A stretch of DNA of 64,000 bases. Source: an uncultured Nitrososphaeraceae archaeon. GTDB lineage: Archaea; Thermoproteota; Nitrososphaeria; Nitrososphaerales; Nitrososphaeraceae. Location of the stretch: NCBI GenBank assembly GCA_963837175.1, contig CAWIMJ010000012.1, forward strand, positions 128,001-192,000, written 5' to 3'. Under the pieces are notes generated by a model. It did not search any database, was not told the DNA's origin, and saw nothing but the letters and a program-made list of their open reading frames with translations. Both the position numbers and the translations under genes were made by a program. Below, one piece after another: positions 44,879 through 56,909 of this stretch (its first letter is position 1; every line of letters begins with the position of its first letter).

Positions 44879-45432
44879 CAATTAATATTTGTCAAATAGA
44901 TATGAATTGTATATTGGTATAGTGGTATGATAAACTGATATTTCGGATCTCATCCGATTATTCAGGATATCTCTGTCATACAACAAATACCATTTGGATA
45001 TCTGTTGTACTTCTCTCTCATTACATTTGCTATGCTGCATCCTCTTATGACACAGACACTTAGATCTCACACTGCTGAAAGAGGTATGAACCTTCAGGAT
45101 ACTTATAAACAAAATATCTATATATATGATCAATTTATGATACTATATTGTAATATTTCTTCTTTAATTCAAATGTCTCTTCTTTTTAGTTTTGTTGATG
45201 GACAGTAGCAAGAAAAATTAGTCCAAGTTCAACCTAGTCATATCTATCTCTCTCTGACTTCTATATTGGGTTGGTCACAGATTAATTACAAAAATAATAT
45301 CTTCAGCGCTGGAATTGTAATCCTTCTCTCCAAAATTCTCTTTTCCCATCATTAGTGAATTTTTCATATGCCTATCTTTCTACCTTCTTGATGCGAGTTT
45401 ATAATATTAAACCCCCTCTTAAGACCTATTGC

Positions 45433-45903
45433 TTAACAGGGGGTAAAGACTTTTAAGATATCCATTGCGGATATCGATGCCATACCACATCTACGATCCT
45501 TAATCATGACCTTACCACTCTGAGGGTCCATAACCATCATCATACCAGTTGCACTGTACATTTTACCACTCTGAGGGTCCATAACCATCATCATACCAGT
45601 TGCATTGTCCATCATCATCATCATATTACTTTTAGGGTCCATCATCATAAGCTTGCCATTTTTAGAGTTGTTCATAATCATCAACGTGCCACTCTCAGGG
45701 TCCATCATCATACCAGTTTTGTTGTCTATCGATAGTTGTTGTTGTGCTAGAACTTTCTGTGAAGGTAGAGGATACATAATAAGAGAAAAAAGCAATGATG
45801 ATATTAGGAGTAAAATGGATGAAATGACAATAGCAGACATTATTGTGGTAGTATTGTTATTATCTGTCTGTTGTTTTTTCCTTATTAAGCCAAGAGTTTT
45901 CAT
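45433..45903 (-). CDS. Secreted Met-rich repeat protein
   Basis: Hydrophobic signal ending VLA-QQQ; repeated GMMMxMDPxSG units; 42-bp perfect direct repeat at 45512-45553 and 45563-45604. Confidence 0.65.
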   Translation of the reverse strand: MKTLGLIRKKQQTDNNNTTTIMSAIVISSILLLISSLLFSLIMYPLPSQKVLAQQQLSIDNKTGMMMDPESGTLMIMNNSKNGKLMMMDPKSNMMMMMDNATGMMMVMDPQSGKMYSATGMMMVMDPQSGKVMIKDRRCGMASISAMDILKVFTPC

Positions 45904-45959
45904 TGGGTGATATATTATTTCCTCATATATACTAGTTATGATTTTGTTCTTTTTTCTAA

Positions 45960-46760
45960 GAATTTAATGTATTGACAACCGGCAAAAATTTAGACATCAT
46001 ATTTTGATAAAATCTATTAATATTAAACACAAATAGTACCTTACTTTCATACTCTCCGTTTGATTATTAGTATCTTCTATGGCATCTATCAAATCCTTTT
46101 GATTGAACCATCCTTTGTTTAATTTTAGTGACTTTTTTTGAAATTTTTGTTACACCCACTAATTTGCTTCTGCAAGCCGCAGTAATTTCTGCAAGTTTCT
46201 GACAATAGCATTTAGAAGTTCGTTGTTTTCTGAATTTTCTTCCCTAGAGCGAAGGACCTCGGATATGCCAAGTATTACGTAACTCACGAGCTCTAATATT
46301 AATAAACTCCTTCTGTGCTTCATTACGGATTTTTAATTCATCATAAACGTAGGATCTGCTCAATTTTCTGTTCCATCTGTTATGCCAAAATTACCTTTAA
46401 TTCCATATAAATGATGTATTCATTCAATATTTTTATTAGTTGTTTACAGTAAAGAATACCCTAAGAGTATTTAAAGCACTATTTAATATTCTTCAGGCTC
46501 ATACAGCACCTTTGTAAATTCATTGTATCTGTCAATGTATGACGTCAATAGTGAACTCAAATTTGCATTCAGTTTTGAAAAATATAAAGATCTTGACAAA
46601 TATTCAATCAATAAATGAATTATGGATGATAGTGGCAATAATGTAACATAGGGCATTAATCCTATTTGATAAAATTATTAAAGCTCGCTTTGATACTGCT
46701 GTTTTCTAAAGGAGTATAATACTATCTTGCATATACAACAAAGGTAAGGTCAGATACAAG
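45960..46760 (-). pseudogene. Decayed sensor histidine kinase
   Basis: Minus-strand fragments AQKEFINIRARELRN (eroded FINIAAHELRT H-box) and LGISEVLRSRE...NELLNAIVRN; boundaries approximate. Confidence 0.5.
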
Positions 46761-46858
46761 TTAGAACATAAGGCAATGTTATGCAATAACATCTCTCTTA
46801 TCTGTAAAAATCACACATATTACAATAGGTTAAAATAAAAAATGAAAGAAAACAAATA

Positions 46859-48235
46859 TTGATCTATTTGAATACTCCAAAAATTGTTGTAGCTGGTGCA
46901 ACCAGCGGAGTAGGCAAGACTACCATAACAACGGCTATCATGTATGCACTCACCAAAAATGGATTTCATGTTCAGCCGTTTAAAATAGGTCCGGATTTTA
47001 TTGATCCCAGTTATCATACAATTGTTACTGGAAGACCTTCACGCAATCTAGATGTATGGATGATGGGCAAATATGGGGTGTTAAAATGTTTCAATAATGC
47101 ATCACAAGGAGCAGACGTTGCAATCATCGAAGGTGTCATGGGCTTATTCGATGGTCTTTCAGGAATAAATGACTATGCAAGTACGGCACAGATAGCAAAA
47201 ATGCTTGATGCACCTGTGATACTTGTAATCGATGCAGGAAAAGCAGCACGCTCAATAGCAGCCATTGCACTTGGCTTTTTACATTTTGATCAAAAAGTGA
47301 GAATATCAGGCTTTATTTTAAATAATGTTGCTGGTGATAAGCATGCGAAATTCGTTCTCGATGCCTTTGCATGTAAAGTTAATGTCCCAATAATAGGAAT
47401 TGTCAGGCGAGACAAAAAAATTACAATGGAAGAGCGTCATTTAGGTCTTATTCCTGCACTGGAACTTGAAAAGAAAAAAAAATCAATATATCAATCTGCA
47501 AAATATATATCAGAACAAATTGATCTGGAAAAGATAAAATCACTATGTAATCAAGTAAATAGAACAAAGGTAATACATAGAGCCTTTCCTGATAGTCAAA
47601 TCAGAATTGCAGTAGCATTGGATGAATCATTTAATTTTTACTATGCTGATAACTTTGATGCCCTTAGAAAGCAGCAAGCAGAACTTATATTCTTCAGTCC
47701 AGTAAATGATGCAGAACTGCCAGAGAACATTCATGGAATTATTCTCGGCGGGGGTTTTCCAGAGATTTTAGCTGACAAACTTGAATCTAATCAAGCAATG
47801 ATAAAATCAATATCAAAAGCGGCTACGAATGGAATGCCAATTTATGGCGAATGTGGAGGTTTAATGTACCTTACTAGATCAATTAGAAGATACAATAAAG
47901 GAAAAAACAAAAGACGAAAGATGATTGGATTGATAGATGCAGATACATTCATGAGTGGTAAGTTGACCTTAAATTATACTGAGGCTGACTGTACATCCTC
48001 ATTTTTTGAGAATATGTCTAAAATCAGAGGTCATGAATTCCATTACTCTAATATTGAAAATATTTCTAATGATTCAAAATTTGCTTATACTATGAGAAGA
48101 GGTAATGGAATAGATAACAAAAGAGACGGTTTGGTCGTATACAACTGTCTTGCATCCTATATGCATCTTCATTTTGCAGATAGTCGATTACCAGAAAGGT
48201 TTAGCAAGAAATGTGTGGAATTTTTGCATAAATAA
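46859..48235 (+). CDS. cbiA: Cobyrinate a,c-diamide synthase
   Basis: SGVGKTT, FKIGPDFIDP, IEGVMGLFDG, ERHLGL, GGGFPE, YGECGG, GHEFHYS, SYMHLHF. Confidence 0.95.
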   Translation: MIYLNTPKIVVAGATSGVGKTTITTAIMYALTKNGFHVQPFKIGPDFIDPSYHTIVTGRPSRNLDVWMMGKYGVLKCFNNASQGADVAIIEGVMGLFDGLSGINDYASTAQIAKMLDAPVILVIDAGKAARSIAAIALGFLHFDQKVRISGFILNNVAGDKHAKFVLDAFACKVNVPIIGIVRRDKKITMEERHLGLIPALELEKKKKSIYQSAKYISEQIDLEKIKSLCNQVNRTKVIHRAFPDSQIRIAVALDESFNFYYADNFDALRKQQAELIFFSPVNDAELPENIHGIILGGGFPEILADKLESNQAMIKSISKAATNGMPIYGECGGLMYLTRSIRRYNKGKNKRRKMIGLIDADTFMSGKLTLNYTEADCTSSFFENMSKIRGHEFHYSNIENISNDSKFAYTMRRGNGIDNKRDGLVVYNCLASYMHLHFADSRLPERFSKKCVEFLHK

Positions 48236-48291
48236 AAAATGTATGCAATATTTATTGAAGAGACAGAAATGGCGTTGCCAATTCATCACAT

Positions 48292-48549
48292 CTATACTCC
48301 TATTTCCTTTGCTAGTCTGACTACCTGTTTCCCTTCTTTAGTAAGCTTGTTATACATCCTATTTTTTAGGATCTTTCTTTCAACTAACTTATTTTTCTCT
48401 GCTTTGAGTAAAAGTTTATGACCATACCCATACAATCCTACTTTCTGCAACAATTCTCTAGTCTGGTATTCTTTATCGCCAATCTTTTTGAGTAATCTTA
48501 CAAGAGCCCTTTCTTTAATTAAGATTTTTAATAATTCGTTTTTTTTCAT
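48292..48549 (-). CDS. Small basic winged-helix-like protein
   Basis: Lys-rich; LVERK...YNKLTKEGK wing motif. Confidence 0.6.
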   Translation of the reverse strand: MKKNELLKILIKERALVRLLKKIGDKEYQTRELLQKVGLYGYGHKLLLKAEKNKLVERKILKNRMYNKLTKEGKQVVRLAKEIGV

Positions 48550-49293
48550 GCTGTTACTATGAACTAGTAAACATATAAATATATTTATAACTACGTAAAA
48601 CTAAATTTTCTATAATACTTACTGATACTGTGTTGATTAAATATAATAATATATACATATAAGCAGTATAAATAAATGAAAAATTAGAAAATCAAAGGGT
48701 AATATAGTAATTTCCTATATCAATAATAAGTTTCTCTATCGTTTCTTTTCATGGTATACACATAATATTGCTGATATCACTATTCTATAGGTTCGACTCA
48801 TTTAACTTCATGTCATCATCATTATTCCAAACACAGAATCCCTATTGTATAATCTTTCAAAAATAAACATTATTACCATCGTGTTCTTGGTTATTGTTAG
48901 TTATTACACCATCTGCAAGTATTTAATAGCGATCTATACTTATTTATTTCCATTATTCACTTCAGCAATAGATTATAATTGATGTTCATAACTGGTCGCC
49001 ACTAAGAATAATCATGCATTCTTATACACTTATATCAAATTAAATTAAATATATTCAAGATCAAACTTCATAAAAGCCTCTAATCTTCAATAGTCCTACA
49101 GATCATTAGAAAACAAATGTAAATATAGAGAAATAATGAAGAGCCTGTATTATTTCTTTTAATTTAATTCAATTGACTGTTTTTAACTTATAATATAACA
49201 AGTCATACTTAGCTATTCTATATATCATTAAATTAGCTAGTTATTTGTCCTGTTTAATAATTATACATATATGATAAAGTGCAGAATTAGATA

Positions 49294-49446
49294 ATGGATT
49301 ACGCTTCTTTACTATCAATACTGGTTGGCGCAGGGACTGGGATAGCTAGTATTTGCATAGGATTATCCTTATTTATAATGCTAAAAGGCGAAAAATCACA
49401 GATCCCTCGTAATAAATCAGCAGCAACAAAAGAAAAAAGGCGCTAG
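49294..49446 (+). CDS. Putative 50-aa single-pass membrane microprotein
   Basis: MDYASLLSILVGAGTGIASICIGLSLFIMLKGEKSQIPRNKSAATKEKRR*: TM helix followed by a basic tail. Confidence 0.45.
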   Translation: MDYASLLSILVGAGTGIASICIGLSLFIMLKGEKSQIPRNKSAATKEKRR

Positions 49447-51238
49447 GCAGAAATTCAAGACATAGGAGTCTATCCTTATTTAACTAACTATTTTACTTCA
49501 ATATTGCTACAACAGCAAGAGAATCATTAATATGATGACAATAATACTGCTCATCTTACCAATTTAATCTTGTTACTATCACAAATTAGTGATAATTATA
49601 ACCTCGCATTCTTATACTCAACGGAGGCGAATAATAGTGTAAAATCATAATCAGATACTATAACAATAATCTTCAGCCATGAGGATAAAATATATGGGAA
49701 TATTCTAGTGCTAAGCATAGAGGGCAAAAAGAGAAGCAAGAGAGATGAAACAAAAGAATAATATCTCACAAAGAAGCACATATACTCTACTGTAAAAAAC
49801 GTAGATAAGAAAGGCGGTAAATAGAGTATAGAAGAATATCAACTATACTCATGTTCATGAGACTATATGAATGTGGGAATGTTCGATCATATGTAAATGG
49901 ATCTGCTCAACGCTGATTATTGGGCTATAAATAAAATGATTACATAATTGTTGTTTAATAATAATACTATGTAGCTGCAAATGTATTTCGAAAAATTTAT
50001 TATGAGAGTTAAATAATATTACACAAACCTTTTCAGATTATTTTGCAAATTACTTTTTTACTTCTCTATTTCAGGATTAGAAATAACATCATTATTTACA
50101 GACATTCACATCTCATATTGAATAATTTAAACTATCTTCAATCGCTTGTAAATCCTTTTCAAAATGTTTACCATAAGTATAATAATAATCTTAATTATGA
50201 CAATTTGAATTTGCCATCATCTATAAGATAAATTCATTATTAGTATAACGAATGTATTTGTAATTTAATCAAGACTGTTGGCACAGAGTCTTCGTGATTA
50301 CTCAGTTTTCATCTCCTGCAAGCTTTATACATTTAGGTACACTAGCCAATTGCGTTTTTACTTTTGAAGATTGTAATTGTGATGATTAGTGTTATTATTG
50401 TGTTGTAATTGGCATTGCTGCTCCAGACTGAAATGATTTGTTGGCTTAAATTAAACAGCCTTAGTTTAATTGGAAAATCATAAATTTTAGTATAGCAAAG
50501 ATATATCAATATGTCATCTAATTCCTCCCATATAACATGAATATGATACAATAGCTATCGTTATGTATTATCTCACGAAATTTATTTCTATTACAATTCT
50601 ACTATACTAACTAACAAAAGTTCGTTTACAGATTTTTCTTAATATGTAAGGTTTACTATGCTTAAAAAATCCTTTTACTTGGTTTTAAAAGATATACGAA
50701 ATTATGTTAGGCAGTATACTATCATGTTAAAGTAGAGATGAATCACCATAATCTTGCGTGATATTTAGAAAGCACGATAATAGCATTTTTACGACAATAT
50801 TATTTTTTAATAATTCCTTACCAAAATACGGAAACTCATTTTTAGAGTGATTGGTTCAAAGATTCTTAGTAGAGTATATATTAATTTGACGCTATTACAT
50901 GATAGCATCAGTCTATTCTCTCTGTTATTATACTCTTTTTAGAAACTAAAATTCTATTTTTGTATTATTTATAATCCGTCAGATCGTAGTTCATATAGAT
51001 ATAATTTTAGAAGGATGACAGGTCATTGGATTGCATCTTCCAATTGCTTAGTATTGTTGAAATGTTTCTCTAACTGAAAGGCTAACACAGTTTTAGACAA
51101 GCTTCTAATTTTTAAATTCTCTTGAATTCTTATTACGTTTAGATGCCCTCGCGATGAATTTTCAAGTACACAAAAATTTTGTAAGAATAACAATACTAAA
51201 AGAAAGACAGATATTCTTCATTAATCATTAATACCATA

Positions 51239-51547
51239 TTGACCCATAATGGAATAGATATTGATCAGTATCTTCTACTTACTATCTATCCTAGTATTCT
51301 ATTCTTCGGAGTTGGGTTTATTGCAAAAAAAACTACCATGCGTGAATCTCTCAAGTATGCTTTGCAGGCATTAATATGTATTATTTTTTCGATAGTTTAT
51401 TTTGTAGTAATACCCAATGGTGGGGCACAGGGACTTGCATTAGTGCTAGCAATTTTAGGCGTAATTCTATTAATTATGGCCAAAAAATACATTGTGCATC
51501 CGTTAGAAGAGGAAGAAAAAGAAAGCGAAGGTCAATCCACTACTTGA
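51239..51547 (+). CDS. Small membrane protein (three TM helices)
   Basis: Three hydrophobic stretches and an acidic tail. Confidence 0.6.
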   Translation: MTHNGIDIDQYLLLTIYPSILFFGVGFIAKKTTMRESLKYALQALICIIFSIVYFVVIPNGGAQGLALVLAILGVILLIMAKKYIVHPLEEEEKESEGQSTT

Positions 51548-52206
51548 ACTGATGGAACATAGTGTTGCAGAAGAAAAGAATTTATGTATTGCTACAAGCA
51601 TGTTTTTTCCGTTATCATTAAAGATTATGATGGCCATCAGACGATTTTAAATATAATATTGTTGGAAGTAAGAAAAACAATAGGCACTCAACGTTGTAAA
51701 TACTAATGTAATGGCTGTCCCTATGATTATCCTTGTCATTACTAGTCGGTCCCCGCTCTGACTAACGCTATTGCCCATATAACATAGATGGTTAGTCGAA
51801 TAATATCACAAAATCTTCAGACGGAGGTAGTATTATGTAACGTAGGAACAGATAATCATACATTAAGGTTTTACTCGTAACCATCAGTTATTCTCCATTT
51901 AAAGTGGACAATAATCACATCGATATAACTATAAATATTAATAATGATTGAATTTAAGGAAGATAAGGTAGTTTTATGCTACTCACAAAGCATATCATTA
52001 GCGAAAAGAGCGTCAGAACGTTTAATGCGACTCTCCTGAGATATTCTTAATCGATTATCGATTTGAAGTGTTCACAGATGGAGAGCAGTAGCAATTATGA
52101 TATGAATAAATAAAAGATCATAATAATATATATTATTTCTGGCATACTTAAAATATAATAGATAACCATCTTAATCGCTTATAACCTATAAAGTATTTAC
52201 TATATT

Positions 52207-52707
52207 ATGATTAATAAAGATAACAACAATTACAATGATAATACGACTGAACCCACTGCGACGACAGATATTAAAGAAGAAACCATTGTTATTTCTCCGT
52301 CTAGTACTGAATATAAAATACATGATCAAAAGTCTTCAATTGAAGAAGAAGACGACGAAGACGATGAATCTATATCTTCCAAGGCCAAAGAAGCAGGACA
52401 ATCTTTTAAGGATTTTATAGTCACATTTGGCAAGAAAGCAATGGCCGTAACAGAAGAGAAAACCATTAAGACTACAAACGAATCTCTAGATATCGGCGCA
52501 AAAAAGGATTCACAGGCTATTCAAACTCTAGGTGCAAATGTTGAGAAGGCAATAACGGTTTTTGAAGATACGATTACTGACCTGCGCAAAGAATCATATG
52601 ATGAACAAGCTCAAATATTAACAGGATATAAAAAGTTAATACAAGAACAAATAAACCTCATTAATGCAAGGCTAAGTATGGTTAAGAGGTTTAAACCAGT
52701 AGAGTGA
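52207..52707 (+). CDS. Hypothetical acidic, coiled-coil protein
   Basis: 166-aa ORF with helical C-terminus. Confidence 0.6.
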   Translation: MINKDNNNYNDNTTEPTATTDIKEETIVISPSSTEYKIHDQKSSIEEEDDEDDESISSKAKEAGQSFKDFIVTFGKKAMAVTEEKTIKTTNESLDIGAKKDSQAIQTLGANVEKAITVFEDTITDLRKESYDEQAQILTGYKKLIQEQINLINARLSMVKRFKPVE

Positions 52708-53255
52708 AATAAAGTACTGTACTATTAAAATTAGTTTAAACTCTAATATCATACAACGATTTTGATTTATACGAATGAGGATTACTAATGTATAGGGTAT
52801 CTAGTGTTGAGACAGTAATCAATGTAATTAAGAATTTCTGATAGAATTTAAGCAATTTGCTGCTAATCTTATTGATTGACTACATCTCGTTTCAAGTAGT
52901 AATATAATACAGTAAAAATATTGTTGGTACTAATTAGTATTAATAATGTAAAAATTGAAAAGGTAGTAGATAATGATACTCCTAACAGGATTGAATAATA
53001 CTATTGCTACTATTATACAGCAACTACGTAAACGAACATGCATCTAATTTTGTTTGTGCATGTTCAATTTGATACTTATATAATATCGACAGACGTAACA
53101 AAGTGATAGCAAGATACAATTGGAGAATAACGAAATCCTAATAAATACTGTTGTTAGTATCAGGTTTCTCAAATTTTTCTTCTACAATAGATACTTACAA
53201 CTAGATACGATGTTACTATACTACTCTGCTATGACTTATTATTTCTGTAGATATA

Positions 53256-53474
53256 CTATTCGTAAACAGGTTTACCTTCAGAATTATATCTCTTAACTCT
53301 CCTCCCTTCTTGACTTGCTCCGGATGATGTGGAGGATGAGGAGGAGTAAGAAGGTTCGTTAGTCACTTCTGTAGTTGCGGTTTTTGATCTACGTCCTCTT
53401 GCAATACCCAATATGATCCCCAATCCTATCATGAAGCCAGCAGTTATAGCAAACATAAACATCTGGTCAGCCAT
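53256..53474 (-). CDS. Small single-pass membrane protein
   Basis: N-terminal TM, basic stop-transfer, Ser-rich linker, VKRYNSEGKPVYE end. Confidence 0.6.
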   Translation of the reverse strand: MADQMFMFAITAGFMIGLGIILGIARGRRSKTATTEVTNEPSYSSSSSTSSGASQEGRRVKRYNSEGKPVYE

Positions 53475-53915
53475 TGTTATTATCAGTAGATGATGTCAGA
53501 ATTAAACATGTCGGTAACAAGCGTTTATCTAGAATTGAATCCATAAGCCTAAAATTAAAGATTCTTGAGCTTTAAGGCAATTTGTATTCCATGTTATAAA
53601 AATACATACATACTACTAGTCAATTCTTTTTGAGTTTATATAAGAATTTAAACGAAAATGCGCCTGGAAAACAATATTATAATACTCTATATATCAAATT
53701 AACCAAATCTAAAAATCAGAAAAACATACGACTGTAAATAACATAATTAGGAAATCTAGTAGAATAAACAAAGTATTCAGCAAAGAGAATATTAACTAGA
53801 TTAAATATAACTGCAAGGATTATATGCGAGAAATTAAGCCTGTTGATGTATAGCGAAATCTTCAAAATGCTTACATGATGTACAGAGAAATGATCATGTA
53901 TAATAGAGGAATAAA

Positions 53916-55220
53916 ATGACTTCGATAAAAAATCCTTCTGAATGGGGTATTGAACCTGTACCTTTCCAGTATAGAGTACTCAGAGAAAGGGACTACTTTA
54001 TACTCTGGTCTAGTTTGGGAGTAGGATTATTGGTTTTCTCTGCAGGCTCATTTCTTTCAGATGCCAACTTTATCGATGCAATTCTTGCAATTGTTATAGG
54101 TTCTGTTATAGGCTCTTTTCTTCTCGCTTTAGCTGGAAAGATTGGAAGTGATTGCGCAATACCGTCACTAGTGAGTATGAGACCATCATTTGGTATTCAT
54201 GGATCTTATCTTCCTGCTATATTAAATGTAATACAGCTCATTGGCTGGACTATTTTTGAAATCATGATAATGTCAAAGGCTGCAGAGATGTTAGTTGGTA
54301 ACTTTATTCCCTTCTATGTTTGGACGATAATATTTGGGGGCTTTGTTACTCTACTTGGTATCCTCGGACCACTTACAGTAGTAAGACAGTGGCTTGGAAA
54401 ATTTGCTATATGGATAGTGTATGCATCATCTATAATAATGATTATTAGCTTGATGACATCAGAAAATGTTCCAAAACTCTTATCATCACCAGGTAATGGA
54501 ATGTCCTTCTTCTCCGCACTTGATATCGTAATAGCTATGCCAATATCTTGGATGCCACTTGCAGCGGATTATAACAGATTTGCAAAAAGTAGTAATAGTG
54601 CATTAAGAGCAACAATTATTGGTTTTGCACTAACAAATATTTTATTTTATTTTGGAGGAATATTACTTGGTGTCAACGATGTTGTTGCGATAATTGGCGC
54701 TATTCAATCAATGTTTTTTGGATTCCTTATACTAATACTTGTAGTAAATGAGACCGATAACACCTTTGCAGATGTTTATTCTGCTGCGGTCTCTACACAA
54801 AATATCTATCACAAAATAAATCAACGATATTTGATAGTTGGATTTACATCTCTTTGTACTATTCTTGCTATGATAATCCCCATCGCACAGTATCAAACTT
54901 TTATTCTTTTGATAGGTGCTGTATTTGTACCTTTATTCGGTGTAGTTCTGTCTGACTATTATATTGTAAGGAATCGTAAATACACAAAAGATATGATATA
55001 CGGAGAAGGTGCCTTAAGGATTGGATTTACAGCTATTATCGCTTGGTCTACAGGTGTATTAGTATACTATCTTTTATCGTCGCTTTCACCAATTCATATG
55101 GCACAATTACCCAACATAGGCGCTACAATTCCTAGCCTTATTGTATCATCATCATTTTATCTTGTTATGATGCGATTTAAAGGACGCAGAGAAAGAAAAA
55201 TAAGAGAGCCTGCTTCATAG
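53916..55220 (+). CDS. cytX: Purine-cytosine permease family (NCS1), CytX-like hydroxymethylpyrimidine transporter
   Basis: About 12 TM; LNVIQLIGWTIFEI, AMPISWMPLAADYNRF, FADVYSAAVS, GAVFVPLFGVVLSDYY. Confidence 0.8.
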   Translation: MTSIKNPSEWGIEPVPFQYRVLRERDYFILWSSLGVGLLVFSAGSFLSDANFIDAILAIVIGSVIGSFLLALAGKIGSDCAIPSLVSMRPSFGIHGSYLPAILNVIQLIGWTIFEIMIMSKAAEMLVGNFIPFYVWTIIFGGFVTLLGILGPLTVVRQWLGKFAIWIVYASSIIMIISLMTSENVPKLLSSPGNGMSFFSALDIVIAMPISWMPLAADYNRFAKSSNSALRATIIGFALTNILFYFGGILLGVNDVVAIIGAIQSMFFGFLILILVVNETDNTFADVYSAAVSTQNIYHKINQRYLIVGFTSLCTILAMIIPIAQYQTFILLIGAVFVPLFGVVLSDYYIVRNRKYTKDMIYGEGALRIGFTAIIAWSTGVLVYYLLSSLSPIHMAQLPNIGATIPSLIVSSSFYLVMMRFKGRRERKIREPAS

Positions 55221-55457
55221 AGAATGACAGATAGAGAAACGTGATATACACAATTTTTTTATTCTCATCCATAAACAAATGATGTGATGATAATTTAAAT
55301 GCTAATAACAGATGCGTACAGGAAAGTGAACATCAACTGTTCTACGTAAATGCTGTTCTATTATGTATAAAACATCTTAGTAATAGTGGTAATTGTAGAT
55401 AGAAGTTAAATGGTAGCTTTAAAATAATTTAATTAGGATGCTTTTTTCTACTTTACA

Positions 55458-56216
55458 CTAGTGGTTGGTTTTATAATAATCAACAATGTTACAAAATTCT
55501 GACCAGGAATTGGATGTGGATACTCCCCATTGCTCATAACAAATAACATTACCTAATTCCATCCTAGGAAGCCAACCTATCTTTTCTAGGTCTGGTTTAT
55601 CTGCAAATTCTTTCACGAAACCTAGACACAAATATGCGATTGGTTTAACATGTTTAGGTATTTGCAGAATTTTTTGTAAATCTTCATTTGCAAGTATGCT
55701 AACCCAACCGACTCCTATGCCTTCGGCTCTAGCAGCAAGCCATAAGTTTTGAATTGCGCAGCATACACTATATACACCAGTTTCAGCTATAGATGTTCTT
55801 CCAATCACAAATGGACCGAATCTAGTAGAATCATAGGTAACACATATGTTTATTGACGATTCCATTATGCCCTCTAACTTCAATAATGTGTACTTTTCTT
55901 GTCTCTGAGTGTCATCGTCTAACATTGAAACTGACTTCTTATGCTCTCTTAAGAAGGATTCTTTTACTTGTTCTCTAATTGATTTATCTTTAATTAAAAT
56001 AAAGTTCCAAGGCTGTGAAAAACCTACTGATGGTGCGTGATGAGCAGCATCTAGAATTCTTAATAGAACATCATTTGGAATGACTCGGCCACTGACAAAA
56101 TGTGATCTAACATCACGCCTTGAGAAAATGGCCTTGTATATTACCTCTTTTTCGTTATTTGAAAAGGAATGATAATGAGAATCATGGTTACCCTCACTAT
56201 TAGAATCAGATATCAT
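55458..56216 (-). CDS. bluB: 5,6-dimethylbenzimidazole synthase
   Basis: RRDVRSHF, AAHHAPSVGFSQPWNF, LKLEGI, YSVCCAIQNLWLAARAEGIGVGWVS. Confidence 0.93.
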   Translation of the reverse strand: MISDSNSEGNHDSHYHSFSNNEKEVIYKAIFSRRDVRSHFVSGRVIPNDVLLRILDAAHHAPSVGFSQPWNFILIKDKSIREQVKESFLREHKKSVSMLDDDTQRQEKYTLLKLEGIMESSINICVTYDSTRFGPFVIGRTSIAETGVYSVCCAIQNLWLAARAEGIGVGWVSILANEDLQKILQIPKHVKPIAYLCLGFVKEFADKPDLEKIGWLPRMELGNVICYEQWGVSTSNSWSEFCNIVDYYKTNH

Positions 56217-56909
56217 ATTTATATATCCCTACTAATAGGTAAAACCTGATATTATTATATTTATAATTATGATCAAATAAAAGATATCATCAGCAAGAAA
56301 ATTACTATTTGAACCTCTAATCTGTTTATTTTTTATAGAAATTTTGGCTTCAATAGTTCAATATAATTTATTCTTGAACAAATACATTCATTCTTTCATA
56401 TAACCTCTAACAAGCTATTTGCGAATTCTGCTGACATGCTGACGAGTGGACAGTATACTCAAATATATTTTTAGGAAATACGCATAAAGAGAACTAATTA
56501 AACTACAATAGTAGTAGCAATAATAAAAATTTACGGATATTTATTTTTAGAAGAATCGGATTGGCAATACTCTACAATCATATCTAATTCTGACTTTTCC
56601 ACGGAATAAGTCATAGCTAGAACGTTTTCTCTCCTTTCCTGTCTTTCTACCACTCCCCCACCTATCATAGGGCGTAGAAAGTTATTGTGATCTCGTTTAT
56701 CGAATTTATCATAACATTATAGCTAATCATATTCTAGTTAATATTCAAATCAAAAGAATAATAACAAAATCAAGTTTACAAACCCATTGGAATTAAGTAA
56801 TTCTGCATACTTAATTTTATATATTATTATATAAGATAAAACTGAATATAAAATCTAGAATAGAAAACACATAAAGATATATGTTAGATGATGCCGCTTT
56901 CTGGCACCA

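Noticed and set aside
46500-46858. Cobalamin riboswitch upstream of cbiA
   Set aside because: No B12-box pattern; the region looks like histidine-kinase debris.
53780-53915. TPP riboswitch upstream of cytX
   Set aside because: No GCTGAGA or CCTGAT-type core is visible.
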